64,000 bases of DNA from Antedon mediterranea (GCF_964355755.1 NC_092679.1:3130201-3194200), one strand, 5' to 3'. Shown: positions 1 to 13,890, counted from the stretch's first letter. Notes: generated by a model from the letters alone, not told the origin. Numbers and translations: made by a program.

Positions 1-556
1 AATTTTGATTTTAAGCCCTGTCTACACTATCAAACTAGTTTCATAAAAAAAAGTGTGATGTGCCTAAATATGGTAGTGATATGCTTAAATAGGGTAATAT
101 CAATAATTTTGATTTTAAGCCCTGTCTACACTACCAAACTAGTTTCACAAAAAAAAGTGTGATGTGCCTAAATATGGTAGTGATATGCTTAAATAGGGTA
201 ATATCAATAATTTTGATTTTAAGCCCTGTCTACACTATCAAACTAGTTTCACAAAAAAAAGTGTGATTTGCCTAAATATGGTAGCTAGTGATATGCTTAA
301 ATAGGGTAATATCAATAATTTTGATTTTAAGCCCTGTCTACACAAAAAAAAGTGTGATGTGCCTAAATATGGTAGTGATATGCTTAAATAGGGTAATATC
401 AATAATTTTGATTTTAAGCCCTGTCTACACTATCAAACTAGTTTCACAAAAAAAAGTGTGATGTGCCAAAATATGGTAGTGGTATGCTTAAATATGGTAT
501 TGATATGACATCCTCATTGTCTTTGTCACATAAACTTTGATAGTGTAGACAGAGCT
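1..556 (+). repeat. Tandem array (~100-bp unit, about 5 copies) built from the left half of MITE family A, ending in one complete right TIR
   Basis: Unit ATAATTTTGATTTTAAGCCCTGTCTACACTATCAAACTAG...AAATAGGGTAATATCA repeats from the window start; terminates GATAGTGTAGACAGAGCT near 556. Confidence 0.9.
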
Positions 557-1925
557 TTCCGACTATCCTTACCTTTTTCTTGGTAAACATGGTTCACTGA
601 AAGAATGATGAAGTTCAATGAATAACAGTATACAATATAATGTACAAAATACTGGTTCAAAAGTGGAGTATAATTTAATACTCACTGATTAGACTGGACG
701 CCCAGAGAGTTTAATCTAAGCCACAAAAGGTTTGATGGTCTGGTCATATTCAATAATCAATAGGTGATGGCAGATTCTGTATATTTAGCCTTGGGACAAC
801 AAATGGGAGAGGTAATGTGAAGGCTACACATATGTAGATTGAACTCTGAATTAAATTTATTGGTGTACATTACACAGTGACCAAACAGATATACAATACA
901 GTTGTGTTGGAGTGAATACAATACAGTTGTGTTCGAGTGGGGATGACTCTTTGTATACTGGTTCACTCCAAAGCAAACAACAACTGTTACCAAGTTATTT
1001 GATTGCTAAATAATGACATGTGTCCTACTTGTGATGAGTAAATAGTCAACTTGTCTCTAGTGTAAAATAATATACATCATTTATTAAAAAAAAAAATACA
1101 TAAGAATGTAACAAACATCCTTAAGGTCACAGCTTGGAGGACCAAACATATGCAGAGGAAAACAAGACAAACAAATACAAAAGACTTAAAATAAGAAGGT
1201 AAATAATAGTATAAAACACATCCAAAAGGCATACAATTCAGGTTGTTATAAAAAAAAATGACATTATTAATTCGGGAAAAATTTTTTTATGTCGGTTTAA
1301 AGCGGGCATTTCATATGTTAAGTAATTAGTGAACCTTAAGTTTGTTAACTATTCTAGTTTTACAGACCTTTAAAAATTAAGAATAAAAAAAAATTATTTT
1401 ACAGTTTGTGGCATTCTCAAGCGAAATCAGACATAACTAGGAGTTCTTAAAATTCTGATTTTCACAAATATTGAAACTACATAATCCAAGATTTAAAATA
1501 CTGAAAAAAATAGCTTACCATATGCCCTACTTCCAGAGATCAAAGTCTAAATGTTTGGTTGTTACAATGAGTGTTCTAAGAAAAATGCAGGTATAGAAAG
1601 TGTTCTGGAAATGACAAGTACAGTACAAAAAAAGGTGTTTACGCCTTAGCAAAGGGGTATTCTAATTGTTGTATTTCAATAAAACTTTGCACCTTAATTC
1701 ATTAACTATTGTTCTATTATTATGCAAAATTGTTATGCAAAACAACCCATTGACACCTTCAATTTAAACAACAGGTAACACCAAATTTGTAAAATTCCTT
1801 AATTTATTTGTCTCAAAATAGAAAAACACCAAGGTAATGTAAATAAATACGGTTTCAACTATCATCTTCTGAAAAAAAATGTGTTTTTTTATAATTTTTC
1901 AGCCTTTTTTCACATTTATACTTAA

Positions 1926-2354
1926 AGATGTATTGTCCCTCTAATTTTTTTTTATGAATATGCAATTTTAATGTTACATAATAGTTATTCACTTTCACAA
2001 AAAATTAGATCTGAAAAAAAAATTACCTTACAAAACTGTAATTTAAAGCAAAAAATGTCAAATTGGCTTATTGTTTTTCTGGGTGAATTTAACCATTTAA
2101 TTTGTCTTTTATAAATGATAACATTCCTTTTTTTTTCTACGAAATTAATTAACTTTATTGAAGCTGCAAAATGGAATATTTTAAGTTTTATTTTATTAAT
2201 CTTCATTTTCCATGTTTTTGGGGGACAATAATATATGTTATAGTTTTTCTTTACTTTTAAACCTTGGAACTGGATCATTTTGAAAACCAGTACTACGTTA
2301 CTAAAAATGCAATCCAATTAAAATAAAGAATAAATAAATACAATAAATACATCT
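1926..2354. mobile_element. Kolobok-like MITE (TTAA TSD)
   Basis: TTAA|AGATGTATTGTCCC...ATACATCT|TTAA with an internal insertion. Second copy at 40863-41191 inserted into a 19-bp tandem repeat. Confidence 0.7.
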
Positions 2355-2466
2355 TTAAGATGTGTTTTTTGTGTGTTCATTTTGACCTACTAATGGTATC
2401 TATAATTTCACTCTTCCTTGCTATTGTTGCACTATTGTTTAATGACATATTGTCTATTGTTCATAG

Positions 2467-5400
2467 GGCTTAGAAGGAGAAGAAGAAGCAGCCTCCGGAA
2501 TGTCAGATACCACAGCTAAGCTAACATCAGCAATGAGGTATATACCTAGATTGATATTGATAATTTATTGTAACTTTCATTTTCATTTCATTATTTATTC
2601 GGTCCTATTTCAGTATATAACAACAACAAAACTGAAATTGGGGAGACCAGGATCAATAAGTAAACTTAATCACTGTAGCTGAGCCGGTTTACCCAACCCC
2701 AAACTAACTGATCGCTTGTTAACAAACTCAATCTTAAGCTCCGTCTACACTATCAAACTAGTTTGACAAAAAAAGTGTGATGTGCCCAAATATGGTAGTG
2801 ATATGACCAAATATGGTAGTGATATGACATCATTATGTCCATATATGGTCACATCACATAAAGTTTGATAGTGTAGACAAGGCTTAAGGCAACTAAAAAG
2901 TAGAAACAAGCTGTTATATTCATTATCTCTGATTTATCATCCTTATTAATTTTAATCCCAATTAAATCAAGTATCATGAAAAGGATCAATCATGGTCTTA
3001 AAGAATCAAGTTTCTAAAAACAGTTTATAATGCGTACTCATTTTCATTGGAAGCACATCTGTGAAGAATGGCAAGAGCAATTTAAAATTAAGTTTCTCCT
3101 TATTACGTTTGAACTTTAAGTTTATTTGGGCCTCACTGTGTAAACAGAACATTGACATAAATAATTGGCTTTTTCTGCCTCCATAATTTAATTAAATATT
3201 TCCTTTCAATTTTGTAAGTAATGTGGATCAAAATGTTTTTGAAGTTATACAAAAATAAACAGTAATATTTTTTTGTAACAGTTTTTTCATCAGAAACATT
3301 AAAATATAAACATCATCTATATTATTATCTAATTATATAATTTTAAATCATATTGCAATATAATAATGGCTACTGTATTCTGTAAATAAACAAATACAAT
3401 ATAAACATTCTCTATTCCACATTTGTAACAAAAATGTTATTAAACAATTTAACATTTTTTATAGCCATATCTATTTCTAGCCTTATTTTTACAATATGGC
3501 TAGAGTATGTGTACTGGAAATAAACAAAGCATAAAGTATGTTTAGCCAAATGATGGTAATTGTTTATTATAAATAAACAAATATAATCAAAGTTTAATTT
3601 TCCATAATTATCGAATCATAATCACTTGTTGCCATGTACTGTACTGTACCTTAAGAACTCATGTACTAATAATAATAATATCCTGGATTTTTCAAGTTTA
3701 AAAGTGTAGACAGAGCCTTAAACAGTTAAATCTTTGGTTTCTTTGCCAAGCACATTGATTTGGAACCAACTAATTAATCTTTTATTTTCCTTTTACAGTT
3801 CTTTACCAGAATTATTGGAAAAGAAACGCTTGATTGATTCCCATACAAACTTGGCAACATCTTTACTAGACAAAATAAAGGTACAGTGAAATTAATTTTT
3901 TTTAATGTTGATATTTTTCTCATTACCAAAATATAAATCAAATGTAAAGCTCTGTCTACACTATAAAAATTTATGTGAAAACAAAAAAATGTGATGTGCC
4001 AACAGAGCAGAAAATGCAATCTTTTATGTGACAACCATTTCAGCATATTGGATTGGTTTTGTGTCCTGCATTCCACTTCCAAAAACACACAGTTTAAACC
4101 ACTTTCCACAGTGTTAATCTTTTAAGCAATTTAAGTCACTTCTGATTCAACAATTATTTTCGTCTTTTACCACTGTTTTTAGTGTTAGACATAAGTAAAC
4201 AGCCCTTTATAGATATTTATTATTAATATACAACTTTGTTATGTAAACTTATGGGTCAAACTTGTTAATCCATGCAAAAAACACTGCATGAGTATCATAA
4301 ATTAGCATAAATTTGCATTTACAGGCAAGAAAGTTAGATGTTTACTTCGAAGTGGAAGAACGATTGATGACAAAGATGTCCTTAGATAAACCGCTAATGG
4401 ATATTATATCAGATGTTGATGCTGGTACCCCTGAGGACAAGATGAGAATGTTTATTATATTTTATATTCTTGGACAACAAGTTACAGATGTAAGTATTAA
4501 CAGGCCTTATTCACAAAACGGAAGATTTCTTCGATCGATGACAAACAATGCTGTGCAGCGAAGCGTAACCAACAGAAATAACATAGCGTTTTCAGGGGAT
4601 TTCAGGATACCATGAACGGAGGATCGTATGAGAAAGAAAATTAATGTAAAATGTTCTTTAAAAATTGGCCTACATCAATGTATGTATGTAAAAATTATAA
4701 ACAGTTTTTCACCTCTTAAAATCCAACGAAAAAAATACCACAGTGTATGACTGCACCGCGGAAAAACAGTGATGACAAACGCTCATAAGATCCTCCATTC
4801 AGGAGTTATGATTTTTGTCTCCACTATCAAACTTTATGTGACAAAAAACTGTGATGTGCCCATATATGGACACAATGATGTCATATCACTACCATATTTG
4901 GTCATTTACTTTTAAAATACATATTTTATTTTAGCCTGAATTTGATCAATACTCATTAGCATTAGAAGCAGCTGGCTGTGACCTTTCACCTCTAACTTAC
5001 ATCAAAAGATGGCGGTATGTAAAATATTAATTACTTTGGTTTCTTATTTTCTTTATGGTTTTTTTTTATTAATTTTTTATTTTTTTATTTATTCAGGTTT
5101 AAAACTTACAGGTCTCAATCATTAGAAATTAATAGGTCTTTACCAAAGCTCTGTCTAAACTATCAAACTTTATGTGACAAAAAAGTGTGATGTGCCCATA
5201 TATGGACATGATGTCACTACCATATTTGACAGAACATTAATGAACACTGTTTTAACAGCAAAAAAAACTGAAAACAAATAACACTGTATTTATTCACCAC
5301 CAAATATTAGTATGTAAAGGGCAAAAATCTTTTCAAAAGATATATGCATTTTATTCTCAATTTATTCGCATCGCAGGAATTGTAGACATTCTTTTTTATG

Positions 5401-7642
5401 TGAAAGTGGATAACAGTAAATTGTAAACATATAAGAACTTATATAATACATTTTTGGATTTTATCGTTGCCTAATCGATGACGAAAGCTTTTTGTCTCTT
5501 TGTAAGCCATTTTTTGATTAGAATAAAATGAAAAAAGCAATCAATACTTATTTCACAGCGCTTATAGTAAGATGTCAGTGATGCCAAATCCGTACGGAGG
5601 AGGAGGAGGAGGAACAAAACGAATTGGTATGTTTAGTAAACTGATGAGTACGGGATCACAGTTTGTGATGGAAGGAGTCAAGAATTTTGTTGTCAAAAAA
5701 CATGTAAATTTTAATTTTATTTTTTATATAATATAATCATTTTCTGTCATGTCGTCATATGCATAGCCATCTTTTTTTGTCAGATTTGGCACCATTTTAA
5801 ATCAAGTTTTGAATCAAATATTATAGTGTCTTTTTTCGATGTGATATTGTTAAATATCTTAGTATGCTACTTTGATATGTAGTTCATAGTTTTTTATAAC
5901 ACTGCACTGTTTTTGTTATCAGAATTTACCAATTACACGAATTGTTGATGCATTGATGGAGATGAAATCGGACCAGGAGACAGATGAATATAGATACTTT
6001 GATCCTAAGATGCTACGAGTTCTTGACAGGTTATTTGTATTTATTATTTATTTATACTGAGTGACTACTTCAGTCACAGACTGTTATGTGGGTGACAGTG
6101 GCAGTGTGTGTACTAGTACACCAGGGTAACCCTCTACTTATACGGGGTAGCCTCCCAGAGTGAATATATATGATGAGTTTCTGACAGTGACAGTGTGTGA
6201 ACTAGTACACCGGGGTAAACCCCTACTTGTCTTGAAAGATGCACTAGGTTCTTTAAAGTGCACACGAGCTAGATGTGTACACTGGACCTACGCTTTATAG
6301 TCCTTATCCGAGACGACTAGTTCTACCATCAGAACCATGGAGAGAGTGAGCCTTGAACCCTTGCCGATGTTATGACTACGTACTTACGGTTTCACTGTCT
6401 TAACTGCTCGTCCAATCACTCGCTCTTAAGTTAGCTATACTCTTGAAACTTTTTGTAGGTAAAGTGAAGTGAGTACTATACTCTTCTAACTTAAACATGT
6501 GTATTCATGACGTGTAGTTCAAATTTCATGTTTGATAATTTTGTTTCCAATAAATTCCAATTTAGTTCTTCAATACCAAGGAATAAGAATCCCTACCAAG
6601 AAGTTGTTGTGTTTGTTGTTGGTGGTGGCAATTACATTGAGTATCAGAATCTTATGGACTATCTTAAGGTAAGTGGAGCTGTAGCCTGGTGGTTAACTTG
6701 CTTGCTTTCCAATCCCAAGGTCCACGGTTCAATCCGGACCTACAGTAGTGCCAGGGTTGAGTATAAAATTTAAAAAAACGTTATTAGGATCCACATGAAT
6801 AACTTGATAAGAAATAAAAGATTCTTGATCATAATTATATTAAAATCATCATCTGTCGCGAACTCTTTTTGAACCCTTTTTTTTTTATTTATACATTTCA
6901 CAATATAATATATAAAAGAAAACATTTTTTAAGGCTTGCAGAGAAATTGAATTCTAAACGATTGATTGATAGAAATCAGGAAAATGAAATGTGATAATTT
7001 TATTGTAATTGTTTATTTTCTTTTTTCTTAAGACTAAGGCAACTGCTGGTGGAAATAATAAAATGATCTGTTATGGATGTAGTGAAATATTTAACGCTGA
7101 TCAGTTTTTGTCGCAGGTAAGTTACTTTTACTAGTTATATTTTCTCTTTAAATGTTTATTTGTTTAAAGCTTTGACAAAAAAATGTAATGTGCCCAAATA
7201 TTGTAGTGATATGCCCAAATATGGTAGTAATATGCCCAAATATGGTAATAATATGGCATGTTCAGCGCATTGAGAGCTTGCTTATATGCGCTATATAAGA
7301 ATGAACTATTATTATTATTATTATCATCATGTCCATATATGGGCACATCACATTTTGTTGTCGCATAAAGTTTGATAGTGTAGAAAGAGCTTAAATTATA
7401 GCCTTGACCTTTCATGACACGCACCTAAGCGCAGCTGTTAGAGTTGAACCGTCTTTCTATGCATGCCCATATGTTTCTGAGCAAATGTAAAATGACTTTT
7501 CGACAGTTATTTAGTCATGTGGTGTGTAAGAAAAATGAAAGGTCACTATTCAACATATGTGTAGGGAATAGAAATTGTAAACAGATTTTTATTTTTTTTT
7601 TCAAACATTGTTCAGATTTGTCAACTTGGAAAAGAGATATGA
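2467..7642 (+). CDS. SCFD1: Sec1 family domain-containing protein 1 (Sly1), 3' part; 5' exons lie upstream of the window
   Basis: Exons 2467-2537, 3799-3880, 4325-4489, 4935-5014, 5559-5703, 5923-6029, 6566-6668, 7033-7116, 7616-7642 (TGA). All GT-AG with consistent phases. Peptides GLEGEEE..TAKLTSAMSSLPELLEKKRLID, ARKLDVYFEVEE, DAGTPEDKMR, GSQFVMEGVKN, YRYFDPKMLR, VFVVGGGNYIEYQNL, YGCSEIFNA match Sly1/SCFD1. AATAAA at 7676-7681. Confidence 0.96.
2737..2884. mobile_element. PIF/Harbinger-type MITE family A (CArG-containing)
   Basis: TIR AGCTC(T/C)GTCTACACTATCAAACT with TWA flanks. Other copies or fragments near 3948, 4817, 5147, 7168-7391, 13542-13649, 16310, 17095, 18432-18582, 24927-25067, 27077, 34403-34588, 48189-48350, 50768-50999. 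Confidence 0.85.
6050..6424 (-). mobile_element. tRNA-derived SINE with Deu/Nin-like central domain
   Basis: On the minus strand: A-box and B-box-like head (GGTTCAAGGC), then TCGGATAAGGACTATAAA..GGTCC..TTAAAGAACC..GTAGGGG..CCCCGGTGT. Copies ~14915-15115 (-), ~35170-35310 (+), ~47505-47797 (-), head ~56242-56340 (+), tail array 59501-59842. Confidence 0.8.
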
Positions 7643-7704
7643 GTAACATTTTGAAAAAAAAATGTCAATACTTACAATAAATATCTGCTACTGTACTGTT
7701 GTGT

Positions 7705-8103
7705 TTGAGGGAGGAAGTTTTGGGGTTCATTCGACGAGGGAGGCAGTTTATGGGAAAACAGGCTTATGACATCCTCCATTGAACTCTTGAGGGAGGCAGT
7801 TTTGGGGTTCATTCGACGAAGGAGGCAGTTTATGGGAAAACAGGCTTTTGACATCCTCCATCAAACTCTTGATGTAGAGGAAAAGACATTGTTTGTCAGT
7901 GATGATGAGGCGATTATTGGAGTCATTTTTACCCCCTCTCACTTCTTCTCGTCGTCTCTCCAGCCTACAATGCCAGTTTTGGGAAAACAGGCTTTTGACA
8001 TCCTTCGTTGAAGTCTTTATGTAGAGGAAAAGACATTGTCGATGATATGAGGCGATTGTTGGAAACCTTTTTACCCCCTTTCACTTCTTCTCGTCTCTCC
8101 AGC
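7705..8103. repeat. Local direct duplications downstream of SCFD1
   Basis: ~83-bp unit at ~7705 and ~7788; longer unit from TGGGAAAACAGGCTTTTGACATCC at ~7832 and ~7980. Confidence 0.8.
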
Positions 8104-8602
8104 ATTCAATTCTGTAGTAAAAACTTGTGAGGCTCGCATACATACTTTAAGAGTCATTGGTCCTGGATTTAATTCATCTACGAATCGTAATGGGGAGCAT
8201 TTAATTTGCGACGACTTGTCATGTTTGGCAGATTTAGCCAACAACACTGTATGTGTAGGAATTATTCTACAGTATTTATAATTATATTTATGATTTTCAT
8301 TTATAAAATCATAGTGAAAACTGATATGATGGCTTTGTATAAACTATAATTTTTACAGAAACCTGGTATTGTAAAAATTGGGGTTTTTTTTATCATTGAT
8401 TTGTGTATTTTATGATTCTCACATTTCGGATTTGAAAGCACGTAAAGGCGTGTGGCGCAGTGTATTTAAAAATCATAGTAAAAACTGATATGACGGCTTT
8501 GTATAAATTGTACAGAAACCTGATATCGTAAAAATTGGGTTAGTTTTTTTTTCGATTTGTGTATTTTATGATTCTCACATTTTGGATCTTGAAAATATTT
8601 AA

Positions 8603-8893
8603 GGGCGTGAGGATGCAGTGTGTTGGACGTTGGACTACTGATCGCGAGTTCGAATACACAGTTCGTCGCACATTGCTTGAATCCTTGGGCAAGACACTTA
8701 TGTTTGCCTCTATCCACCCAGGTGTACAAATGGGTACCTGGTCAAAACACAACTGCGCTGATTGTGGCTGCAACATTATGGGACTATGTTTCCATACGTG
8801 TTTTATTCAAAACACCACCGCGGTAATAATGTGAAGAGCTTTAGAGGCTTTGTGCATTAAGCGCTATATAAGATTGATGTATTATTATTATTA
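8603..8893 (+). mobile_element. tRNA-derived CORE-like SINE with (ATT)n tail
   Basis: B box GAGTTCGAAT, CORE-like CCTTGGGCAAGACACTTA..CCAGGTGTACAAATGGG, tail GCGCTATATAAG..(ATT)n. The same kind of tail is inserted in the MITE at ~7260-7325. Confidence 0.7.
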
Positions 8894-10592
8894 GGGGATT
8901 ACCACCTATCTGATAGGACAGTGATTAATTTACTATTGGTAATCTTTGGCCACATTGCCTAAATACATAAAATTAAAAAATCCATGCATTACCACCGAGT
9001 ATTAGTGACAATCATTGATATAATAATAATTTGTTGAGCATGTAATAATTATGTAAATATATACATACACATTCAATTAGTGTAAAAACTTTACGTATAT
9101 ATAATTATTTATTTTATATTTCGATGAAACATCTGGTGGTTTTTTTTTTCTTTTTCCCTTACTGGTAGTTGGGTATTTTGCCTAAAGGGCATATGACTTT
9201 AATTTTCTAGTTTTCGCAAAATAATTTTTTTCTCTTTCAAATATCTTTTTTCCTTCTATTTAATTTTGTTAAAAGGTTACATAATTTCAAATAGTACATG
9301 TGTAAATAAAAATATATCTAAGAAAAATAATATTCTATGTTATTATCTTATATATTAGAAATGTTTGGATTGTACGATGGTTAAGATTAAGTCCTCATCA
9401 TCGTAATCATCCTATTCACCCAATTCTCTGTACTACATCTCCACATTGCATTGTACTGTATCCAATATCACAGGAAAATTCTAAAATACAGTCACATATG
9501 TATCACATGTGCTGCCTGTATCACCTGTAGGCATGTATAAGCTTTTGGTCTATGATGCAGGCATTGCATGTGACACTGTATCAAAACATATGCCTATGAT
9601 ACTGTAAACATACAGTACCTAGAATAGACTATCAGGGAAAAATTAGTCCAGTCGTCAATGTAATAATTCTATATAACAAATTAAAACTCAAGACATACAG
9701 TATTGTATCAGTTTACAATAAAATTAATTTAATTTCATATTCATACAGATTTAAATAATTTGAAATTATCTTATAAAGATCATTAAGACATCTGTACACC
9801 TTAATATTGACAAACAATCACATTAATTGTCTCAGAAATTTTAGAAAGCTGCTGCAAAAAAATAGAGGTGTGTCCACACACAAAGTTTCAGATTTCATCT
9901 GATGTGCATGAAACGCACCGATGTTAACAGTGTTTATACACAAAACAGAAAGGTGTAGTTGTGGACAGAATTGGGGTGTAATGACTGAGAAACAATCTGT
10001 TTATTCAGCTTATATACCAGTATTTTACATTCTGAGTAAAACTAATATAAAAATAATATTCACACTAAACTGAAAACCATGAGAACTTTATAGGTTTAAT
10101 ATTCTGAGTAAGATTCGTAAAAGTAATAATCTTAAAAAAAACTGAACTATGACAACCTCAAACAAATGATCCAAATAAAATGAAATATTCCTCAATCAAT
10201 AAGAAGTGAAAATTAGGAACATTTCATAATTTCATATTTAATAATTCTATGATAAATTTTGCTGGATAAGAACGAAGGAATATAGTATATTTTGTAGTTT
10301 CCAAAACTCTCCAGCATAAAATCCAATAATATATATTCAATTGTGGCATTTTGTATCTGTAGATTAACTAAAATATCTCCAAAAAAAAATAACAAAAAAT
10401 ATAAAGCTTAATCCATTGACAAAAGTTGGAAAAAAAAACAACTAAATCCTTATGTTATTGCAGAAGCACCTACTATGGAGCACAAGATAAATTCCTACAA
10501 AAAGTCTTCAATAAATCTTTAAAAAAAAATATCTGAAATATACATGTTACAATAAAATGATCAAAGAAGCCTGCTGCTGCAAATTTGTTTAA

Positions 10593-11187
10593 AGCCTGGC
10601 GCACACTGTAGCTATTGGCTGAGCCAACTGCCACTAACAAAAAAAAATGTGCCGCAAACTGTGATCGCGTTCTATTGGACGGCATATTAAACACCAGTAC
10701 GCGAGTTTCTGATTGGATGAATGCGCAGCAGTGAAATTTTTTATCGAGCTGTTAGCTCACGTTTGGCATAAACGCGCGACAACAAAAATTATCTGTACAA
10801 TACTAATTGCATCCTTAGGCAAGATGCTTCACTCTCATTGCCTTGTTCTTCGGATGGGATGTAAACCGTTGGTCCCGTGTACTTAACAGTGCATGTTAAA
10901 GAACTTGGTACACTATTCGAAAAGAGTAGGGGATCGTCTCCCGGTGTGCTGGTCTGTTAGGCGCTGCACTGCTGGCTTCCGTGGGTCCGTGGAGGGCCTA
11001 ATCCGAATTTTCTCAGTTTCCAAGTAAAACTTGAGGACCAGTAATAATACATTTAACATTAAACACAATAGATATTTTCCTCAGCGGCATGCATGGCCTA
11101 TTCCTCACAAATTGTCCCGCGCGCACTGTGAACAAAATGTTATTCGTGCCAGTTGGCTCAGCCGATAGCTATAGTGTGCGCCGGGCT
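10593..11187. mobile_element. Harbinger-type non-autonomous element with a nested Deu-domain SINE fragment (~10790-11045, +)
   Basis: TAA|AGCCTGGCGCACACTGTAGCTATTGGCTGAGCCAACTG...CAGTTGGCTCAGCCGATAGCTATAGTGTGCGCCGGGCT|TAA. The interior matches the SINE at 51651-52104. Confidence 0.85.
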
Positions 11188-11260
11188 TAAGCCGATTAAG
11201 TGTGCGTTTCCTAAGTTTAGTTTACCCTAATTTAGTTTCAACTTGCATTTGTCTATCTTA

Positions 11261-11415
11261 AGCGTGGTTCCCACTAGCGACGCAACACAAGGACGTAACG
11301 CAAGCGATGGCTTATTCGCTTGTGATTGCTAACTGTTTATAACTTCGCTTTTCATTGGTTAAAACGTTTGCGTTGCGTTTACGTCCTTGCGTTACGTTCT
11401 AGTGGGAACCAAGCT
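11261..11415. mobile_element. Harbinger-type MITE family B
   Basis: TIR AGC(G/T)TGGTTCCCACTAG with GACGTAACGCAA internal inverted repeats. Further copies ~17637-17764, ~32951-33060, ~58893-59012. Confidence 0.8.
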
Positions 11416-13890
11416 TAACATGCCGCTTTAACCAAAAAAGCATGGTACAAAGGTTGTATGGTGAGGTGCTTATTTCATCAATATTGGCAACCAAATAAAA
11501 ATAATGTAACTAAAAATAATAATCATTTAAAATAAACCTTAATATAAAAGTCATGTCCTGGATGAAACTATACATCATTAATGTTAGTTCTATTGCAAAT
11601 TTGCGTCAAATAAAAATCATCTCACTCCGTCTACAGATATTGTTGAAGGACATTACTGTTAAATCGGTAAGTGTAATATATTTGTAAACTATACTGTACA
11701 CATAAAAAAGCTTTACATATTTAATTTATGTTAACAAGTTTTTCTTAACATTAAACTATAGCATCTTATATCAATCGTAGCACACATTAGGGTGAAGCAT
11801 ATGTAGTGTATGAAATGACGCATTCATTTTCCCCAAGTCTCTTTTTTATGATGGTATTCCAGTATGAAACGACATGTGTGCCAAAATATTTTGTTTTTCC
11901 AATACAATATTTAGGCAAATTCCCACCTAGCTTAGTGAAATGACACTCCCTATCTATCTATATATATTGTAAAGCTTTTATTGTTGCTTTTAGGGAAGGA
12001 TCCGCCAATGAACTCCCCCCCCCCCCCCTCTTCCATGAATCATTGTCTGAATGTGGTTCAGAGAGATGTTGTATGCCAAATGCCATTCTTTGCCATAATC
12101 TCCACAATCTTGAGTTATGTTTTTAATTATTAATATTTGTTTTTTATAATTATTGTTGTGAAATAGACAACTGCATCTGTTCAAAAATAAAGTTTTAAAA
12201 TGAATGTCCTTATTACGAAATCCAAACACGGACACTCACTGCATTACCCTCATTGAATACATTCTCAAGGCATTATTTGTGAGCCAATAATTTTGTTTGT
12301 GAGCCCATATTTTTATTTATTATAAGCTGGTCCCATTATCCAAAATAAGTTTATCCATTATCAAACTAATTAACAAGTACATTATATAAAAACAACAAAT
12401 TGATTACAAATCATCACTAGTTCTACTATAGCAATTGTTCAATATCTGGGTAGTGTTCAGCATTTGGTCCCTTCCTATTAAGTGTTCACATCATTTTATG
12501 TATGCTTACTTGGTGTCTTTAACTGAAGGAAATGATGGAATTATGTAGGTCACGTGACACTGCACCATTAATTTATACTCTAGTGCTTATGTTCACTTTC
12601 ATGTTCATTTTTGTATACTGAAGGGAGATTTGTTGTTGTTTTTAGAGATAAATATTCTTGCTACACATTATACATACAATGGCGTAACGGCTATGAGCAC
12701 TCACTGGCTTAAAAACGGGATAAAATGTCGAAAAAGGCTAAAAACACCCTAGGCCTCCAGGCCACTTAGAGTTCCTAAACCAGGGGCTTCAGGCCTCTGT
12801 GTTATGCCATTGTGTACATTTTATTTACTATCATCTTGTTTGTAGTAGAAATGTAAATATATTGTCTTTTTTTATGCTTTAAATAGATTAGTCTATAGAG
12901 ACATTACAAATCAATTACATAGTTTAAACCGTTTAAATGTATCAACATTCTAACAGGCTTTAATGGTAAGATGTATTCAATAATTTAATTATTTATATAT
13001 CATAACAAGTTGACATATTAAGGAAAATAATAAAGAAAAATGTAACTTTTATAGCATTATATGCCTTCATAAGTTTGTACGGACACCCCACAGATTGTTG
13101 TATTATTATTTCTCCATTAATTTGCATAAAATGGAGAAATAATAATACATAAAAATGGATTTTATTATTCATAGGTCATTCATACACTTGTCAGTTAATA
13201 GTCTGTTTGTCTCTGTCCAATCTTGGCCAATATTGAATACAAAACACTGGACAATAACTTAGTAACAGATTTATAAATTAACTTGATATATTAACATATT
13301 CATTTAAAATTACTATTTATGACAGTAAAGATTGTACACATAGTATCATGGAGGATTTGTTTTCCTTCATGGTTGTATGTAACCATGGCAATTGGTCATT
13401 ACTAACATTAGATTGGTCAGTTTATTGTGGGAAATGTCTACCCAACTATTCTTTGATTTTTAATTTTCTTTCAATATCCTGCCCCATGAAGTACCCCATT
13501 GTTCAAGCTTATGGCCATTCAGCTACAGTATGATTTACTCAAGCTGTGTGTGACAAAAAATTGTGATATGCCCATATATGGACATGGTGATGTAATATCA
13601 CTACCATATTTAGGCACATCAAACTTTTTTATATAGTGCGGACAGAGCTTTAGAGAATTTTACCTTATTGTTTCTACTTTACCCCTTGTGCTACTTAACC
13701 TATCATTTTACAGATTTCAATATATAATGTCAAATTCATATACTTAAATTAACTAATTTTAATATTAATAAATACCATTTAGTTGTACTATAATATCCAA
13801 GGGTCAAGTCAAACACTGTGGAGTAGTGCCAAGTTGAATACTTGATTTTATTTTGTTAGAATTGGCCTAACATCAGATATTTTTTTTGTT

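Noticed and set aside
757-2317. Short ORFs as upstream SCFD1 exons or separate genes
   Set aside because: Wrong strand or AT-rich, repeat-derived translations with no recognisable motifs.
5641-5680. CTGATGAG hammerhead core
   Set aside because: Falls in a SCFD1 coding exon (codons L-M-S) with no stem II/GAAA arrangement.
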